This document shows positions 48,066 through 62,195 of a stretch of DNA of 64,000 nucleotides, one piece after another. Numbering within the stretch: the stretch's first letter is position 1; each line of letters begins with the position of its first letter. The notes beneath the pieces were generated by a model. That model was given only the letters and a program-made list of their open reading frames with translations, was not told the DNA's origin and searched no databases. A program made the translations under genes and the position numbers. Source of the DNA: Vicugna vicugna (Eukaryota); NCBI GenBank assembly GCA_013265495.1, contig MU058636.1:62001-126000 (forward strand), in the 5' to 3' direction.

Positions 48066-48974
48066 GTGAAAGCCACTTCCATAGTAATTCTTGAAAATTT
48101 TATCAAGAAGCTACAGCTTCTCTCCAGCCTGGTTCTATCTGAGCCTGAAGGACACAGAGGGGAAGGGAGTTCCCTCCTCCCCTCCCCCTCCCTCCGCCCG
48201 GGGGGTGACGTCTGGCTTGGGGGGAGGACCAGAGGAGAGCAAGGGCAGGGACCATTCCACCTGACAGCTGCCCTTGGAGCTAATGTCAGTGTTTTCTGCA
48301 CCTGGCAGGTGTCGAAAGCTGACTTCCCTTCGGTGGAGGAGCAGCTTTTACGTTATTGCTAAGAGACTCTCCCTTCACCCACAGGTCCCTTACTGTGGGC
48401 GTTGCCCCATTAACTACCCCACTCCACCCCCAGCCCCGCAGGTTCCAGGTTTCCAGCAGGGCAACCCCCGCCCAGGCACACACAGACACTCAGTCGTGGC
48501 CCCAGTGTCCCTGCCTGTGACCGTCTCAGATGAAGTCGCTTTCAGATGGCTCCAGGCTGGTTCCCTTCCAGGCAGCCACACTGCATCTTTGCCTGATGCC
48601 CCAGCGACAAGAGAGCGGCTGTCCCTTGACTTTGGGGTCTCTTCATTAGTTTCCCTTCCAGATTCTCCCGAGAGAGACAGTCCCCTTGGCGGAGGCAGTC
48701 ATCTGGGAAAGGATGGGCACCTCAGGGATCCTGACGTTTCCTGGGGGCTGGTGCTGTTTCTCTAAAAAGGGTTATCAAAAAAAGAACCTGTCCCATCTTC
48801 TGTCACCCTTGCTCTCGGCCGTGTGTGCAACAGGCTTCTCCAGACTAAACCACCACCGTGGGCCTCTCCCAGAAGATCTGCAGGCATGCTGGTGCCTGAC
48901 ACATCAGTCAACCAGCTTTCAGCAGCAAGCAACAGGACACCTGACTAGCGGTGCGTAAGCAACAGGGGCTCAGT

Positions 48975-49350
48975 GTTACATACAGTAAGTACAGAGGCAG
49001 AAAATCCCACATTGATCCAGTGGCTCAATGATATCAGGGCTCCAGGTCAGTGTCTCTGTGTTCTCTTGATTTTTTTTTTCTACTTTTGGTTGCAAGATGG
49101 CTGCCACCACTCCAAACATCACATCATCCACAATTATACACAAAGGCTGGAAGGAAAGGGCTGATTCATTTCATGTACCTCTGTTCTCATCAGAATGGAA
49201 AATGTTTCCCCAAATTCTCCAAAAGACATTCCTTTATATCTCATTAGCCAGAACAGGGTCCCACGCCCCCAACCCCCTGCTGCCCAAACTGAATCACTAA
49301 CAAAGGGGAATAGGAGTCTCATGATTGTCTCAGACTAATCATGCTTCATC
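48975..49350. mobile_element. Old MLT1-like LTR fragment
   Basis: gcaagatggctgcc...ctcattagccagaacagggtcccacgcc. Confidence 0.55.
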
Positions 49351-50849
49351 CTCTGGAGCTGGTTCCATCTTCCCTCAGTCAGCCAATCCCAGAACAGAAC
49401 AGAAATTTCACTAACCAGGGAAAAGGAGGGAGAGGCTGTCGGTGGACCACAGGCACCAGAGACAAACACCACCTGCTTCTACTTCATGCTGTGCCCAGGG
49501 CAAATCATAGCATCATCAGGCCTTCCTCCTTGAAATGAAACAGCCACACACGTGTGGGGTTTGGGTGGTGGAAATAGAGCTGAGTGCTCCTGTCTAAAGA
49601 GGCTTGTTTCTGCATCACACGTCCCCTAGACAGGCTGAATCACGGAGCAGGCACCACACACATCAGGGCACCACATATACACCGGGATGTGTGCCTGGCT
49701 GCCGGGTCTTCCATCTTACTTGAGACTCGGGTGTCCTGGTCCCTCCTCCAGGCAGCACTGCCAGCCGGGCTTCCTCTCCCTCCCACTACCCTCCCACTTC
49801 CCTAGCCGGAGGCCCGGTTTGCTCAGCCAGGGAAGGGTACACACCAGGGGACTAACAGAGCTGCAAAGTGTGGTCTGGGGCATGTATAGGAGAGAGTGGG
49901 AAGACGGAAGGGGCTGGGACACAATGTGGAGACCGGCCAGAGCAACAAGAAGGGGGCTGGAGCTCTGATTGCACGCGCAGCCCACCTACGGGGAAAACGT
50001 GGAGGTGGAGGCTGGGGAGATGGGAGGACCTGTACAGAAAGAGGGAAGGGCCGTTCCCTCTGATTTGCAGGGTGACTTGTAGAGATTCCTCGTTTCTGTT
50101 TTCTGCTGGTTCTGGTGAACACTTAAGCAGGTTAGTAGTGTAGCTTATTTTAATTAGTTTGAACATCCCGGCTCTGAGTTTAGGGTTAATTTAATTTTCA
50201 GCACAGTAATGGACTAATCTGATTCTCCTCTTGGGGAGTTTGAATGTGAAGTACAAAGTTACCAGAAAATAGTGGAAGCAAAATAAAAGATGGAAGATAT
50301 GGGGGCAGTCCTGCCCTGAGAGATGCCGTCCACTCAGACGGAGAGAGGCGGGCTCCCGCCCTGACCTCTGAGACTCGCCCGGCCACGTGGCACAGCCCTC
50401 ACATGTCTGTGAATATGCCCTCCTTACACAGGGGACCAGATGGTACCTTTATTAGCACAAAAGAGCTCGTTAAGATCACTCTTCAGTACGGACTGTTTTT
50501 TAACCTTCTTCAGTGCGTTGCTTCCCAATTCCGATCCCAAACCAGTAAGTGAAATACACTCCAGCTCTCCGTTCACAAACGACATTGTCACGCGGGTTTT
50601 GGTCTGGGTGATGTGTGTTTGGCCAAAATATAAATTCACTCCTTCGTTCACTTGTTCATCCAACACGTATTTAATCCACACCTGGTGTCATGTTCAGGGG
50701 TGGGTGTCCCGGATGCACAAAATGGCACTGAAATGTCACAGGTCTGTTCAGAATATTTGACACCTTAGAGAAGAGCATGGGAGGACTGAAACCCAAAAGA
50801 AGCCGACGATGGAGAAAGAAAGACGCCAAAGATGTTCACTGGCTCCGGG

Positions 50850-52880
50850 GAAGAAGAGACCTGCGAGCTGCGTCCCGGGGGCGGGGGGAGGCAGGGCCCC
50901 CAGGCAGACGGCAGTGCCACCAGTGCCCCCAGACACGCAGCCCGTCCGGGGGGACAAGCTGGAGCCCGTCCCGCCAGCACCCCGGTGCAGAGCACCCACC
51001 GCCCGGGGGCCCTGTGGCTTCTGCACCTGGAGGCCAGCCCCGGCGCCAGCCCGGGAGCCCTCCGGTGTAGGCGGGCGTTGGGGGAGGGGGCCCAAGGCCC
51101 AGGCAGCTGTAAGGAGACCCGCACTCTGGACGGCGGTGGCCGTTAGTGGGTTTGGCTTTCGAAACTGAAAGATGATAGAGGTCCTTCCTCATACCTGCAC
51201 GCTGAGAGCGGTGCACCAGCAGGGCTGTCCAATGCGCGTGTCTGTGTGCCCGGGGTTCCGCCGGCCGAGGCGGGAAAGTGCGAGTTTTCCAAGAACACGT
51301 GGTCGGCGGAGCCTCCTGGTCACGTTGTGGGTAATTAAGAGCAGGAGCCGCTGCCGCGAGTTGGCCGCCGGACTCCAGGCCAGATCGAGCCTGCACGCAG
51401 CCGAGCATCGAGGCTGTGGCAGCGCGGCGTTCCAGCTCGTCCTTGGGCGCGCTCAGAAGCCTCCAGACCAGGACGTGGGATACGGGCTCTAAGCACGTTT
51501 CAGAAGGAGAGAGGATCGATTTTTCTTACTTTTTGCCACAGCGGACGTGACAATCAAAGTCTCCCAGCTCCATGCAGGTTAGGGCTATGGACACAGTAGC
51601 TCCCCTGTCCCTGGGGGCCCCGTTCGCTGGGCACCCCGATGCAGGGCTGACCGCAGGGGGGGCCCTGGGCCCCGCACCCCAGCTTCCTCCTTCACAAAGT
51701 GGGGATCACGGTCGTCCTATGTCAGGGCCCTGCACGGATGGGGTGACAGGCTCATCCGGTGCTCAGCCTGGGAAGAGGTCTCCATGCGAGTTCACCGACA
51801 TCACTGTTCACTAGCAAACAAGGTGGGTGTGCGTGTGGCCCACGTGTGCGTTTATTGATCGGCCTACATCCTTGTACAAGGAAGGAAACTGAAGTCTGGG
51901 GAGTGAGGGTAACAGACAACCCGGGAAGTCGGCCTGATGGTGTCGGATTGTCCGAGTGTCCTCGGAGTGCTCTCAGACTGACTGTCCCCCGGGCCCAGCC
52001 CCCGCCGCTGCCACGATGTCCAGGAGGAGCGAACAGCCCCCTTCAGAAGCAGCTGGGAGACACCAGGAGCAGCAGCCCCTCGGCCGACCTCTCCGGCTCG
52101 CGGGAGACGGGTGCCACCCAGCGGGCCGGACTCCCGCTCGCACCGGGGGGGCTGGTCCCTCTGAGCTGCTGGGTCTCACCTCCAACCACGAGAGCGAGCC
52201 TTCTCGCTGGACGTGCTCGGCGGGGGTGGAGGGGACACTGACGGAGGGGCTGAGCCCCACAGTTCCTGGTGAAGTGACACAGATAAGGCCCCGGGGGTGG
52301 TTTTGGTTTTGCCCAGAGGTCAGAGGGAGCCCTGGCTCCCACGAAGCAGCCCCGGGACCTTGATTCAAACCCCCGGCGCCTCTCGGCCGCTGCCTTCCTC
52401 ACGCGGGACGCGGGCGTGAGCACACCCCGCTCCGCGAACTCCGGCCCCAAGAGGGCGCCGGGTCCTCGCCCTTCCCAGGCTCTCAGAACTGCGCTGCGGG
52501 CCTCTGCAGAGGGCGCGGCTCTTCGGATTGCACTTCCGACTTCATCCCTTCAGGGCCCAGCCTGGAGCGGATGAGGCAGAGAGGGTGTCCTTCCGGGGGC
52601 GGCTCCCAGCGGCTCCCAGCGGCTCCCGGGCTGGGCGCCGCCTCCCCAGCGCACGCGTCCTGCGCGGTCGGACACGCGGCTCCGGTCTCACGGGAGCCCC
52701 TCCGGAGAGGAAGGGGCGACTGACGAAGTGCTGCCGGGACAGTGACTCCACAAGCTTTGCTATAAGATAACATTTATGGAGCAGTCTGGGCTCTGGTTGG
52801 AAGTGAAGCATGAGGGCCTTAAATATTTCATCTGGCTCATTCCGCGACCGCGGTCCCCGAGTCCCGGAAAGTAGGTCCAC
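50850..52880. promoter_or_regulatory. Intergenic GC/CpG-rich region, with its core at ~52360-52740
   Basis: High CpG density without a recognisable gene. Contains CTCF-like and ETS-like motifs. Confidence 0.45.
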
Positions 52881-54897
52881 CGCCTGGGCTCCATTCATCA
52901 GCTTGCTCTGCGATTGTCCTGAAGCCAAGAGTGAGTCCCCTTCGTGGGAGTGACGATTCAGCGTGAAGCTGATACTCAGACACGCAGAAGTCCGTCTGCA
53001 CTCAGTACTAAGGAGGTGCTGGGGGCAGGAAGCCAAGTGGCTTGGGGTCCCCCTGAGGCTGTGGGAATGCCCAGCTGTGTCGCAAGGCCCCCCCCCCTTC
53101 TCCACCCTGAGCTGCTTGTCCCCAGGAGCCCTGTGCAGGGCAGGGGGCGGGGCAGAATTTCCCGGGATTCAGTGCACCCGTCTGATGGAATCACTGAAGC
53201 ACTGCCCTTAGGTGTGTGCTCAGTCTCTTCAGTGAAATGCCGAGCCCCTCAGATGTCCCCCTTCCCGCTCTTCTCCGAGCTGATGAGTGAGGGGGTGGGG
53301 CAAGGGCGCCGGGGAACCTGGCCTCCCCCGGGGGCTCCAGAGACCCCCATGTCCTGACCCCAGGGCAGGGTCTAAAAAATTGGATGAGTCTAAGCTAAGA
53401 CAGTATTAAGCCATTTATATAAATAAGACTAAGGAACAGAGAGCTAAAAAAACACTCTCAGCTTCACAGCACCTGGCCCTGTTCCCTCAAAGAGCCGTTA
53501 AGGTGACATGGGAGCCAAAGGCAGGTAACGACTTCAGCAAATGCCAATCACCTCCCATTTGGGACTTAGGATTCTGAAATGATACATGGCTGTACATGGA
53601 GTAATTAATTATAGAAGATTAGCTAGGCTATGATTCAACTTAAAATTTGAGTTCCTAACTTGCTGCCTCTTCTCCTTGGTCATCCCAGCTGGCTCCATCT
53701 CGGAACTGGGAGTCGCGTTCGGGGCGACGCCCTGGGAGTTTGAGTCAGGGCGCCCTCTCGGGAAGGATGCCGGGCAGCCCTGCTCCTCTCTGCCTCCCGC
53801 TCCCTGGTGGAACTTCCCCACCAGCAGTGCAGCTGATCCCGGGTAATGCGAGCTGGACCCCGATTTAAAGTTCTAAACCTTCCACTCTGGAAGTGCCAGT
53901 AAAGAGGATGCCATGATGCTGGGAGGGGCCACATTTCCCCCGCTGCCCCACCGGCCAGTCCTCCTTGGAGACGGGACCTGGGTGCGCACTCAGCCTTGGC
54001 AACAGGGTTGCAGACTTCCAGTCGCGCTGCCATTTGAGTGGCAGCTCAGTGGGAGGCCTAGATCTGCACAATGGAGGCAGCCGACTGGGGAATACACCAG
54101 CCCTTTTCCCAGGCCCCCCACAGAAGGGGGAGGCAAGGCCGAGGGCGCATTGAAAGTGCTCTCTTTCCGGCATCCCATGGCTCCGTTCCCCACCGCTGTC
54201 CTGCTCAGTCAGCAAGCTTTCAGACTCTCAAGTGGCAGTTCCATGATTTTGACAGGGAGTATGATTCTGTGCTCCTAAGAAAGGATTCAGGACGGGGACA
54301 AAGGTTCCTTCGTCCCATTCTGACACAGCACACAGGAGGGGGCCTGGCAGGGAGACGCTTACATTCCCAGCGAGGGACGGAGATTTTATTCCAAGGGAGC
54401 TGGGGAGTCACTGGAAGGTGCAGGCATCCAAGCACAGGGTGTGCTCTGGAACTCGGGGACAGTGTGTGCCTTGAAGTAGGGGAAAGGTTATGGGCTCTGT
54501 CTTCTCCCACATAAATTTTAACGACATGGTAGAAACTTGGGGTTGAAAGGAACAATTTCTCGAGGCCTCGATTTCTTGAAGGCTTTACCCTACTGGCAGT
54601 CATCTTCAGGGATCCCACCATCAGATGCAGTCAGGCTGTAGCCTGTGAGGGGGATCCTGGCTCTCTGGGCCAACACGCAGCGTGATGAACTAATCAGTAA
54701 CTACGGACTTGGTGCCAGCCACGCCCTGGCCCCGGGCTGGGCACCAGGCAGAGTGGTGAAGCCGACTCAGCCCCTGTCCTTAACACGCTCCCGATCAGTA
54801 ACCGGTACTGGTTGGGAAAGATTTGCTCCAATTTCATGTGGCTTTTACAAGTTACATAAAAAACTCATCCCAAGTTAAAACATCTACAGAGTGAAGT

Positions 54898-55005
54898 GGG
54901 GAGGGTGTAGCTCAGTGGTAGAGCACGTGATGTGCATGCACAAGGTCCTGGGTTCAATCCCCAGTACCTCCATTAAAATAAATAAACCTAATTATCTCCC
55001 CCCCA
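54898..55005 (+). mobile_element. vic-1-like SINE
   Basis: gggagggtgtagctcagtggtagagcacgtg...gggttcaatccccagtacctcc, then aaataaacctaattatctccccc. Confidence 0.9.
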
Positions 55006-58000
55006 TGAGATTTTTTTTTAAAGATGTACTGGAAAGCAGAAAGGGGGAAGCAGTTAGATGACGGAACAGCAGCATGCTAGTACTCCAGGGAAGCTCAGTA
55101 CCAACCAACAAACACAAAGGAAATACATTATAACAGCAAAAAACTGGAGAGATTTGCAGAAACAAAGATCATCCGTCCCAAGAGAGACAGTCAACAACCT
55201 GACCCCAGCACTTGGGTGCACACCGCACCGTCCCTCATTCATTCAGCCGAAGTCTGGGGAGACTTGACTGTGGTCTGAGGCCATCAGCAGCCACGGGCTG
55301 ACGGGCGTCCAGAGCGCCTGGGCCGGAAGACGGCCCTCCCAGCAGACGCGCTCTGTCAACAGAACTTTGCTGTGTGTGTGTGCTGCTCTTGCCTCAGAAG
55401 CCGACACCTCTGATCTGTGAGACTCACGCTCTCCCGGAGCCTGTGCCGGGGAGGGGTGCCACCTCACAGCACCACCTTCTCCCGTTCAATGCCATGGCCT
55501 CGGGGGACCCATCGTGTCCAGAGATCAATTAACTCCTGACTCCTTTTTCCAAAAAGAAGCACTCACAGGTCTTACATGATTCAATTTGCGCCAAGTGATG
55601 TTCACTCCTTGAGTTAATTCTCTTTCCAAGCCCTTTAAACAGCACGAGAACACGGTGCTGTGTGTCCCTTACCCACCCCAGCCCACATGCACACACCCCT
55701 GCTTTACCTAAGTGACTCTTGAAGATCGGTTGTAAGTCAGGCTGTGTCCTCAGCCTGCAAACTTTCCTTCCTGTAATAAATCCTACATGATCGTAGTAGG
55801 TTACTCTTTAAATGTGCTGTGAAATTTAACTTGCTAATATTTAAGTGGGATTTCCCACCTATGCTAAAAGGTGAGGCTGAGTTTTCTATTCTGGAATCCG
55901 GAGGGATCTTAAAATTTTTAAAAAATTACTGGTTTATTCAAGTTTCCCATTTTGCCCAGTTAAAATTTTTTCTATGTATTAGAAACACAATTTATTGATT
56001 GTGTTTTATAATCTTTTAAAAGTCCTCTATACTTATTCATTTCTTCCTTCAACAAATACTATGCTTGACTTTATAGATTCAGTTCCTAACAGAGAGGCTG
56101 CCATGGAGATGTCACATTTTAGGGATTTAATCACCGTGCCTGGTGCTGATTTAGGTGCTGGTGATACAGTCATGACAGTGCTGAGGAAGACCTTTCTCGG
56201 CAGAGCTTCCATCCTAGCGGGGGAACCACGGATGAAGTAAACAAATTGGTTACAGACAGCAACACGAAGATGACAAAGCAGGACCAAGGGATGTGGACAG
56301 GTGGGTGTGGCCGCCCGGGACACAGAGCTGGGGTTTCATGGGGTGCAGGCCAGCACACCCAGGGCTCCCAAGGTGAGCAAGCAGGGCAGGTTAGAGGAGA
56401 GGCAAGGGCAGGGAGAGGCAGGCAGGTGGCGGGAAAGGAGACACGGGTAAGCCCCTCGCGGCCGTCGCTGGAAGGCTGGGTGCTTCCTAAGGGTGGCGGA
56501 AGATGCTGGAGGACTTTCCACACGACTGGACAGGATCCGGGGACACTTTGCAGAGTCTGGCTGTCGAGCGGGGTGCTGGGGCTGAGAACCAGACTGGCTC
56601 GGGGAGCCTGGCTCCAGGTTGAGCGGTTGCCTGGCAGCTGAGGGTGTGGCCATGTGCCTCCTCTCATTTTGCTTCAGTTCTTCTCCGTCCTTGCGGAGGT
56701 ATTCTGGAAGTTTGCCCGCTTGACTGCTTTTGTCTAAGAAACAGCTCTTGGGTTTTCTGATGCACTCACGCCTCTGATGTGCTCTGATCAATAATTCCTT
56801 CGTGGTGTCTTGGCCTCTGTGACTGCTTTCTGTCTACTTCTTTTTATATGTTGTGCCTTTTGCTCTTTTCTGAGTCTTAGCTCATTCGTTTGTTGCTTTC
56901 TTTAAAAACAAAAACATTGAGATGTCGTGTATCCCAGAAATCTGACAGGGAGCAAAACCTTAACTTCACCAGACACAGCAAGTTAGGTACTAATCGCATT
57001 ACATCCATGACTCAAATTTCACCAGATCAAGGTCCAACGTGGACAAGTGTGAATCTCTCTGAGCCCTCCCATGTTTGAGGAACTCTCCACCCAATCCAAC
57101 CTGCCCACCCCATATTAGATGGACACCCCAGATGCCTTCCCTGCCCCCCTGTGCTGGGACATGGACATTGACAGATGCCAGGGACAGGGGGATCAGCAAC
57201 TGTGCAGAGCCAGCACCACACATGCAGCAGAGGAGCCAGTGGAATCCAACGGCAGGACAAGTCCCAGGAAGGAGGGACGACCACACGTGTGCACGATTCC
57301 CAGGAGCCGGGACGGTGGGGCAAAGAAAACTGACCACTGGAGGAGGCAACAGGGAAGTCGTCGGAGTGGGTGCTCTTTCCGACAGGGTCTGCTTCTCAGT
57401 GAGCAGGGAGGCAGGCCATCCCCTAGGAGGAAGGGGACATGAGCAAGGGTGGGAGGTTCGAGGGGAGGCGGCAGGTGTGCACACCTGGAAAGGGAGACCA
57501 TAGGCTCTGCGGCTGGCAACTTGTGGAGATTTCTCAAACATCTCAAATGTTTTGGCGATCACGTCTCCATGGCACGTGTGTGTGTCAGAGAACACAAGAA
57601 TGCAAGCTAGATAAACTGAATCCTACTTTAAAGCCAGGATGAGGAGAGAACCCCGCGCAGCCAGGAAGGACGCCCAGGTCCCCGGGTCTGCAGAGGGAAG
57701 CTCGGAGCTGTGCCCCTTCAGTCCTGAGTGGAGCAGAACCACTGCCAGATACAGACGTGCCTTCCATCAGGGAGCTGGAATGAATGGGTCTGGAAGTTGT
57801 CTGGCCTTCACTGACGTGGATGCCTGGTACATTCTTTCCCTCCGATGTGTCTTTACACGAATGCGAGTATTTCACATACTCATTTCTGCTTTTACTGAAT
57901 AAAGTATCTCCTGCCTCCTGCTGAGCCCACGTTTTTAGCGTTCTCCATCAGAGACCCCTGCTCTCCTCTGTGGGTTAACGCTTATCTTTGAACCTACTCC

Positions 58001-58528
58001 CATCCTCTGGGAGAGCTGGAGAGAAGTCAAAGACATAAATATTTGAGGTGGCTGAAAGCAAGCCTCCCCTGTCAAAACTCTGTACTTTCCCTCCGAAAGT
58101 GAGCCGCAGACCTTGAAAGCCTCTCGTGGGGCCCACACGCCTGATGGCGCGTGTGGCCTCGTCTCTGGCTTCCTGGGACTGGTTTCTGACGTAGAGGAGG
58201 AAGATGTTCTCCTCCCAGGCAGGCAGTGTTAAGGGCCCACCGCAGATAGCGAATCACTAACTGAAGCTAGAATGAAGGCTGGATTCTAGAATCTCTGCTT
58301 CAAGGGTTTTCACCCTATTGTATTTACAAAAGGATATTTAACTACCTGACCCTCATTCATCTTCCGGTGTTAACTGTGAATTGTCTGCCTAGGAAGAGCC
58401 AGGCGCGCGGGGGTCACGCTCCAGGAGTGTGCAACTGTATTTGATTTTGGATATGGTGCTCACAGTCGAGCAGGGATGTTTGCATTGGCTGCATCGTGGC
58501 CCTGGAGAGAACTCTAAGATCCCCTCTG

Positions 58529-58662
58529 TGGGGAGGGGAGAGCTCAGTGGTAGAGTGTGTGCTTAGCATTCATGAGGTCCCAGGTTCAATCCCCAGCACC
58601 ACTGTTAAAAAAAATAAACCTAATCACCTCCCCCCCAAAACAAACAAACAAACAAAAAATAT
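58529..58662 (+). mobile_element. vic-1-like SINE
   Basis: agctcagtggtagagtgtgtgcttagcatt...ggttcaatccccagcacc, followed by an (AAAC)n tail. Confidence 0.9.
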
Positions 58663-59639
58663 AGTCCTGGGAGAGCAACTGTACTGGTTCAAAATCCCCA
58701 GGAACTTGCAAGCGTTTTGGAGAAAGTACCCCTCTGGGAGCAGGGTAAACGGGCCCGATGACAAAGCAGGACAAGAAGCTGGGCTAAAGCATTCTGGGCG
58801 ACCATCAAGGAGAACTGCACCAGACACGAGATCCTCACAAAGAGGACAGCGCTTTGTCGCAGCTGCAGAGGAAGGAGGGGCATTAAACATTTATCACTAT
58901 TGCCTGTTTTCAGAAACCATTTGGCCGAGGGCCACCTGGCCTGCCCCCCGGAGCTGCGCCCTGGCCCTGCGGCTGCTGGGGGCTGCCTTCACGCACACTT
59001 CAGAGGCCTAGGTGCAGGCTCTGGAGGGCATGGGGGCTCTGAGCCCGGGAGAACACATCAGCTAGGATCCGACATGCTTATTACCTGGCATCAACGTTCA
59101 AATGTTAAAATCCTAACTTATTTCCAAGCTCTAGAAGGTACTAAAATATTTAGATTAAATTCTTCGCTAGAATTACAAGGACAGGAAGAGAAAGCATATT
59201 AAGAGAGAAAAAGGGTAATCGTAGCAAATTGGCAAAATGATAGACTACTTGAAAATTAAAAGTCTCATTCTTGGTCTGTATCAATATTTTAACATGATTC
59301 TGGCTCATTCCCTTTAACTCCATCTGAAACTATTAAGAAATAATTCTAAAAAGGTTGGGCTTGCATTTCCACCCACCCATCCAATCAGTGAGGCTCTAAC
59401 CACTGGGGCTGGCCCCGCGCCCCTGAGCCGGGGACAAAAACAGGGAAATGCTCCATCGTGGACAAGCTCATAGTGCAGAACCAAAGTCCCTTGGGAGGTG
59501 TTTTCTGTGTCCATCCCATAGGCTATGTGTGCTCAGGTTTTTTCTTTTTAATTTAAGGTCTGTAGTATACTTCCACTCTTTTAATGGGAAAGTTGTATCG
59601 GTAAGTTAACAAGCTTTTCTTCCTAGTCATACGTGCAGT

Positions 59640-60460
59640 CCGCTTATTCATCTGCCGATCAGCTACAGAGCCGCCGCCATCTGATTCCGCCTCTGCTCAT
59701 AACAAAACTGCCCTTGCCAAGTGACAATGGCAGAGAGTGCCTACTCTTTAAAGGACCCTCTGTGACATCTGACAGAGTTTATAACCTTCTACACTCTTCC
59801 TCACTGGGGCCTGTCTGTCCCTCTCAGGTTTTTCAGTGCTCTTGCTTTCCTTCCCTTTCTCTCTCACCATTCTCTCTTGGGCTCCGCTACTTTTCAAGGT
59901 TTCATTCTCAGGTCTCTCCTCTTGTTCTAAGACCTCCTAGTAAATGGTATGCACACACTTAATTCAGTCGTCCACCAGAAACGGGTGGCTTCTAGACTTC
60001 CCTCTCTAACTGAGGACTCTTCCCTTAATACCATATTGCAACGTTTATCAAATGTCTCCACCGGGATGTCCCATCACCAGTGTAACACACCTAAAACCAA
60101 GAGCCTCCTTCCCCCAGGTACCTAGGTCTCCTTCCACTCCCCACCTGGGTGAGTGATGGTCCCCCCAACCCAGTCACCCTACGAGAAGTCGGAAAGTCAC
60201 CGTGGACTCGCCCTTGTGCACAGTCCTAGGGTCTCAAGGTACCGTCAGCAAGCCCCGCCTGTTCCAGCTCCTCGCCTAATGGGATCCCACCTTCCCCACT
60301 GTCAGAATCTTTATACCTTCTCTCTTAGGGATCTCAGCAGCCTCCATTTCATCCCCTCCGGTCCAGAGAAGTTCTTCTAAAATACAAATCTGACCTCACA
60401 CCACTCTTGCTTAAAACCAAAGCTTCAAACTGCCTCTGCATCTCCTTCAGGACATCACCC
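59640..60460. mobile_element. Old L2-like remnant
   Basis: Pyrimidine-rich decayed sequence with L2-like motifs (tctccaccgggatgtcccat, ctaaaatacaaatctgacc...cttgcttaaaacc). Confidence 0.45.
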
Positions 60461-60746
60461 CCGTCAACTCTCACTCCTGTCGAGCAGTGACACTTCCTGC
60501 AAAAGCCACGCTCTCCCATCTTTCTGTGCTTTTGTGCAAAATGGATGACTCCCCCTCTCCCTACCTGGCCAGAGCCTACACCTTCCCCCTAAGCCTACTC
60601 ATTTGTGCAAACAGTTCAAAAGGAAGCCTTTGATGACCCCTTCCCATGCTGGCTTAGGATTTCTCTGTGCTAGAATGGTAATCGTGTACAGCAGGGCGTG
60701 GCAAAAAATAACAAACAACTAACATGTACTGAGAGCAAATCAGCCA

Positions 60747-60909
60747 CAGTGGTTCTCGAACCTAAATGTTCACAGGTTCACCTAGGGACACATCCAAATG
60801 GCGACCTCCAGGGCCCGTCCCAGCGTTCAGGTCCCTCAGACTTGGGACTGGGGTCAGGCAGGTATATTTTGATACAGGTGACCCAGGAGCCGTATTTTGA
60901 AACCCACTG
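60747..60909. mobile_element. MER5-like hAT-Charlie non-autonomous DNA transposon
   Basis: Imperfect terminal inverted repeats cagtggttctc ... gaaacccactg, ~160 bp apart. Confidence 0.65.
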
Positions 60910-61289
60910 GATGCCTGACTTCACCCCAGTTCCTTCAACACACTGCCACCTAATTGATATTAGTAAAATAGCTTTTATAACCTTAAAACATCAAGCATTT
61001 GGCATCAAACACAATTCATGTGCTTCACACATACCTGTCAACTGTCTTAAGCCCAGTGAGGTTGGTGTTATTTACACATCAACAAAAGACTACAGAGACG
61101 AACCGGATCAAACCCGCACGGAAGATCGACGGGACCCGAAGCCTGTGCTCCCTTCCAGGGCACTGTCTTGGATCACCCGCTGCACAGAAGCAACACCTAA
61201 AGCTTCAGCAGTATCCCCGTAATGGTTGACTGAGTCAAATCCTTGGCCTGGATTTGAAGGCCCTTAAGGGGCTGCCCCTATGAGACACT

Positions 61290-61935
61290 TCAATCTACAT
61301 GTCAACTTGACTGGCTAAAAGATGCCCAGACAGCTGGTAAAACATTATTTCTGAGCGTGTCTGTGATGGTTTTCCTGGAAGAGGTTAGCGTTTGAATTAG
61401 TGGGCTGAGTAAAGCAGGTGACCTTCCCCTGTCCGAGCAGGCATCATCGCACCCGCTGAGGCTGGAATGGATCAAAAAGCTGGAGGGCAGGTGAATTCAC
61501 TTTCTCTCTTTGAGCTGAGACATCCGTCTTCTCCTGCCCTTGGACACTAGCTTGGGTCTTCGGACTCAGACTGGGACTTACACCGCCAGCCTCCCTCTCC
61601 TCCTCTCAGTTCCTAGGACTCGGACTGAAGGACACCATTGGCTTTCCTGGTTCTCCGGCTTGGAGATGACAGATCTTGGAGATGGACTTCTCGGCCTCCA
61701 GGACTGTGGGAGCCTCTTGCTATGATAAATCTCCTCTTGCAGGTATCTGTGTGTCCTATTCATTCTGTTTCTCTGGAGAACACTAACTAATACTGACTTT
61801 GGTACCCAAGGTGGCTTGAGAGAAACAGAATTTTAAGGATAAGTTTTCTGAATTGGTTCTTAGGGTCTTAGAATTGTCTCTCTAATCTGATTACATTTAA
61901 AGATGCTAATGAGTCTTTCTGGTAGGAAAGAGAGC
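61290..61935 (+). mobile_element. MLT2 LTR (to ~61794) followed by the start of the ERVL internal region
   Basis: tgtcaacttgactggct...cagctggtaaaacattatttctg...tctgtttctctggagaacactaactaatac, then gactttggtacc...agaaacagaattttaaggat. Confidence 0.85.
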
Positions 61936-61936
61936 A

Positions 61937-62195
61937 CCTTTTCATGATAAAGAACACCCAACCATTTAGGAACTGAAGGAAATGTCCTTAATATGATCAA
62001 GGCCACACGTGAAAACCCCACAGGTCACACCAGAAGGTTGAACTCTTTTCCTTGCTACAGTCAAGAACAATGCACAGCTGCCCGTTCTCACGTCTATTCA
62101 AAACAGTACTGGAAGTGCTGGCCAGAGCCATTAGGCAAGAAAAAGAAATAAAAGGTATCCAAACTGCAAAAGAAGAAGTAAAATTGTCTCTGCAT
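61937..62195 (+). mobile_element. L1 ORF2 fragment
   Basis: Translates as [30 protein letters not shown], which is L1 reverse transcriptase. Confidence 0.9.

Noticed and set aside
50748..53357. Dense overlapping 100-190 aa ORFs in the GC-rich region (similarly at 3666-5872 and 7434-8202)
   Set aside because: Expected from stop-codon scarcity at high GC. The translations are Pro/Gly/Arg/Ala-rich with no domain signature.
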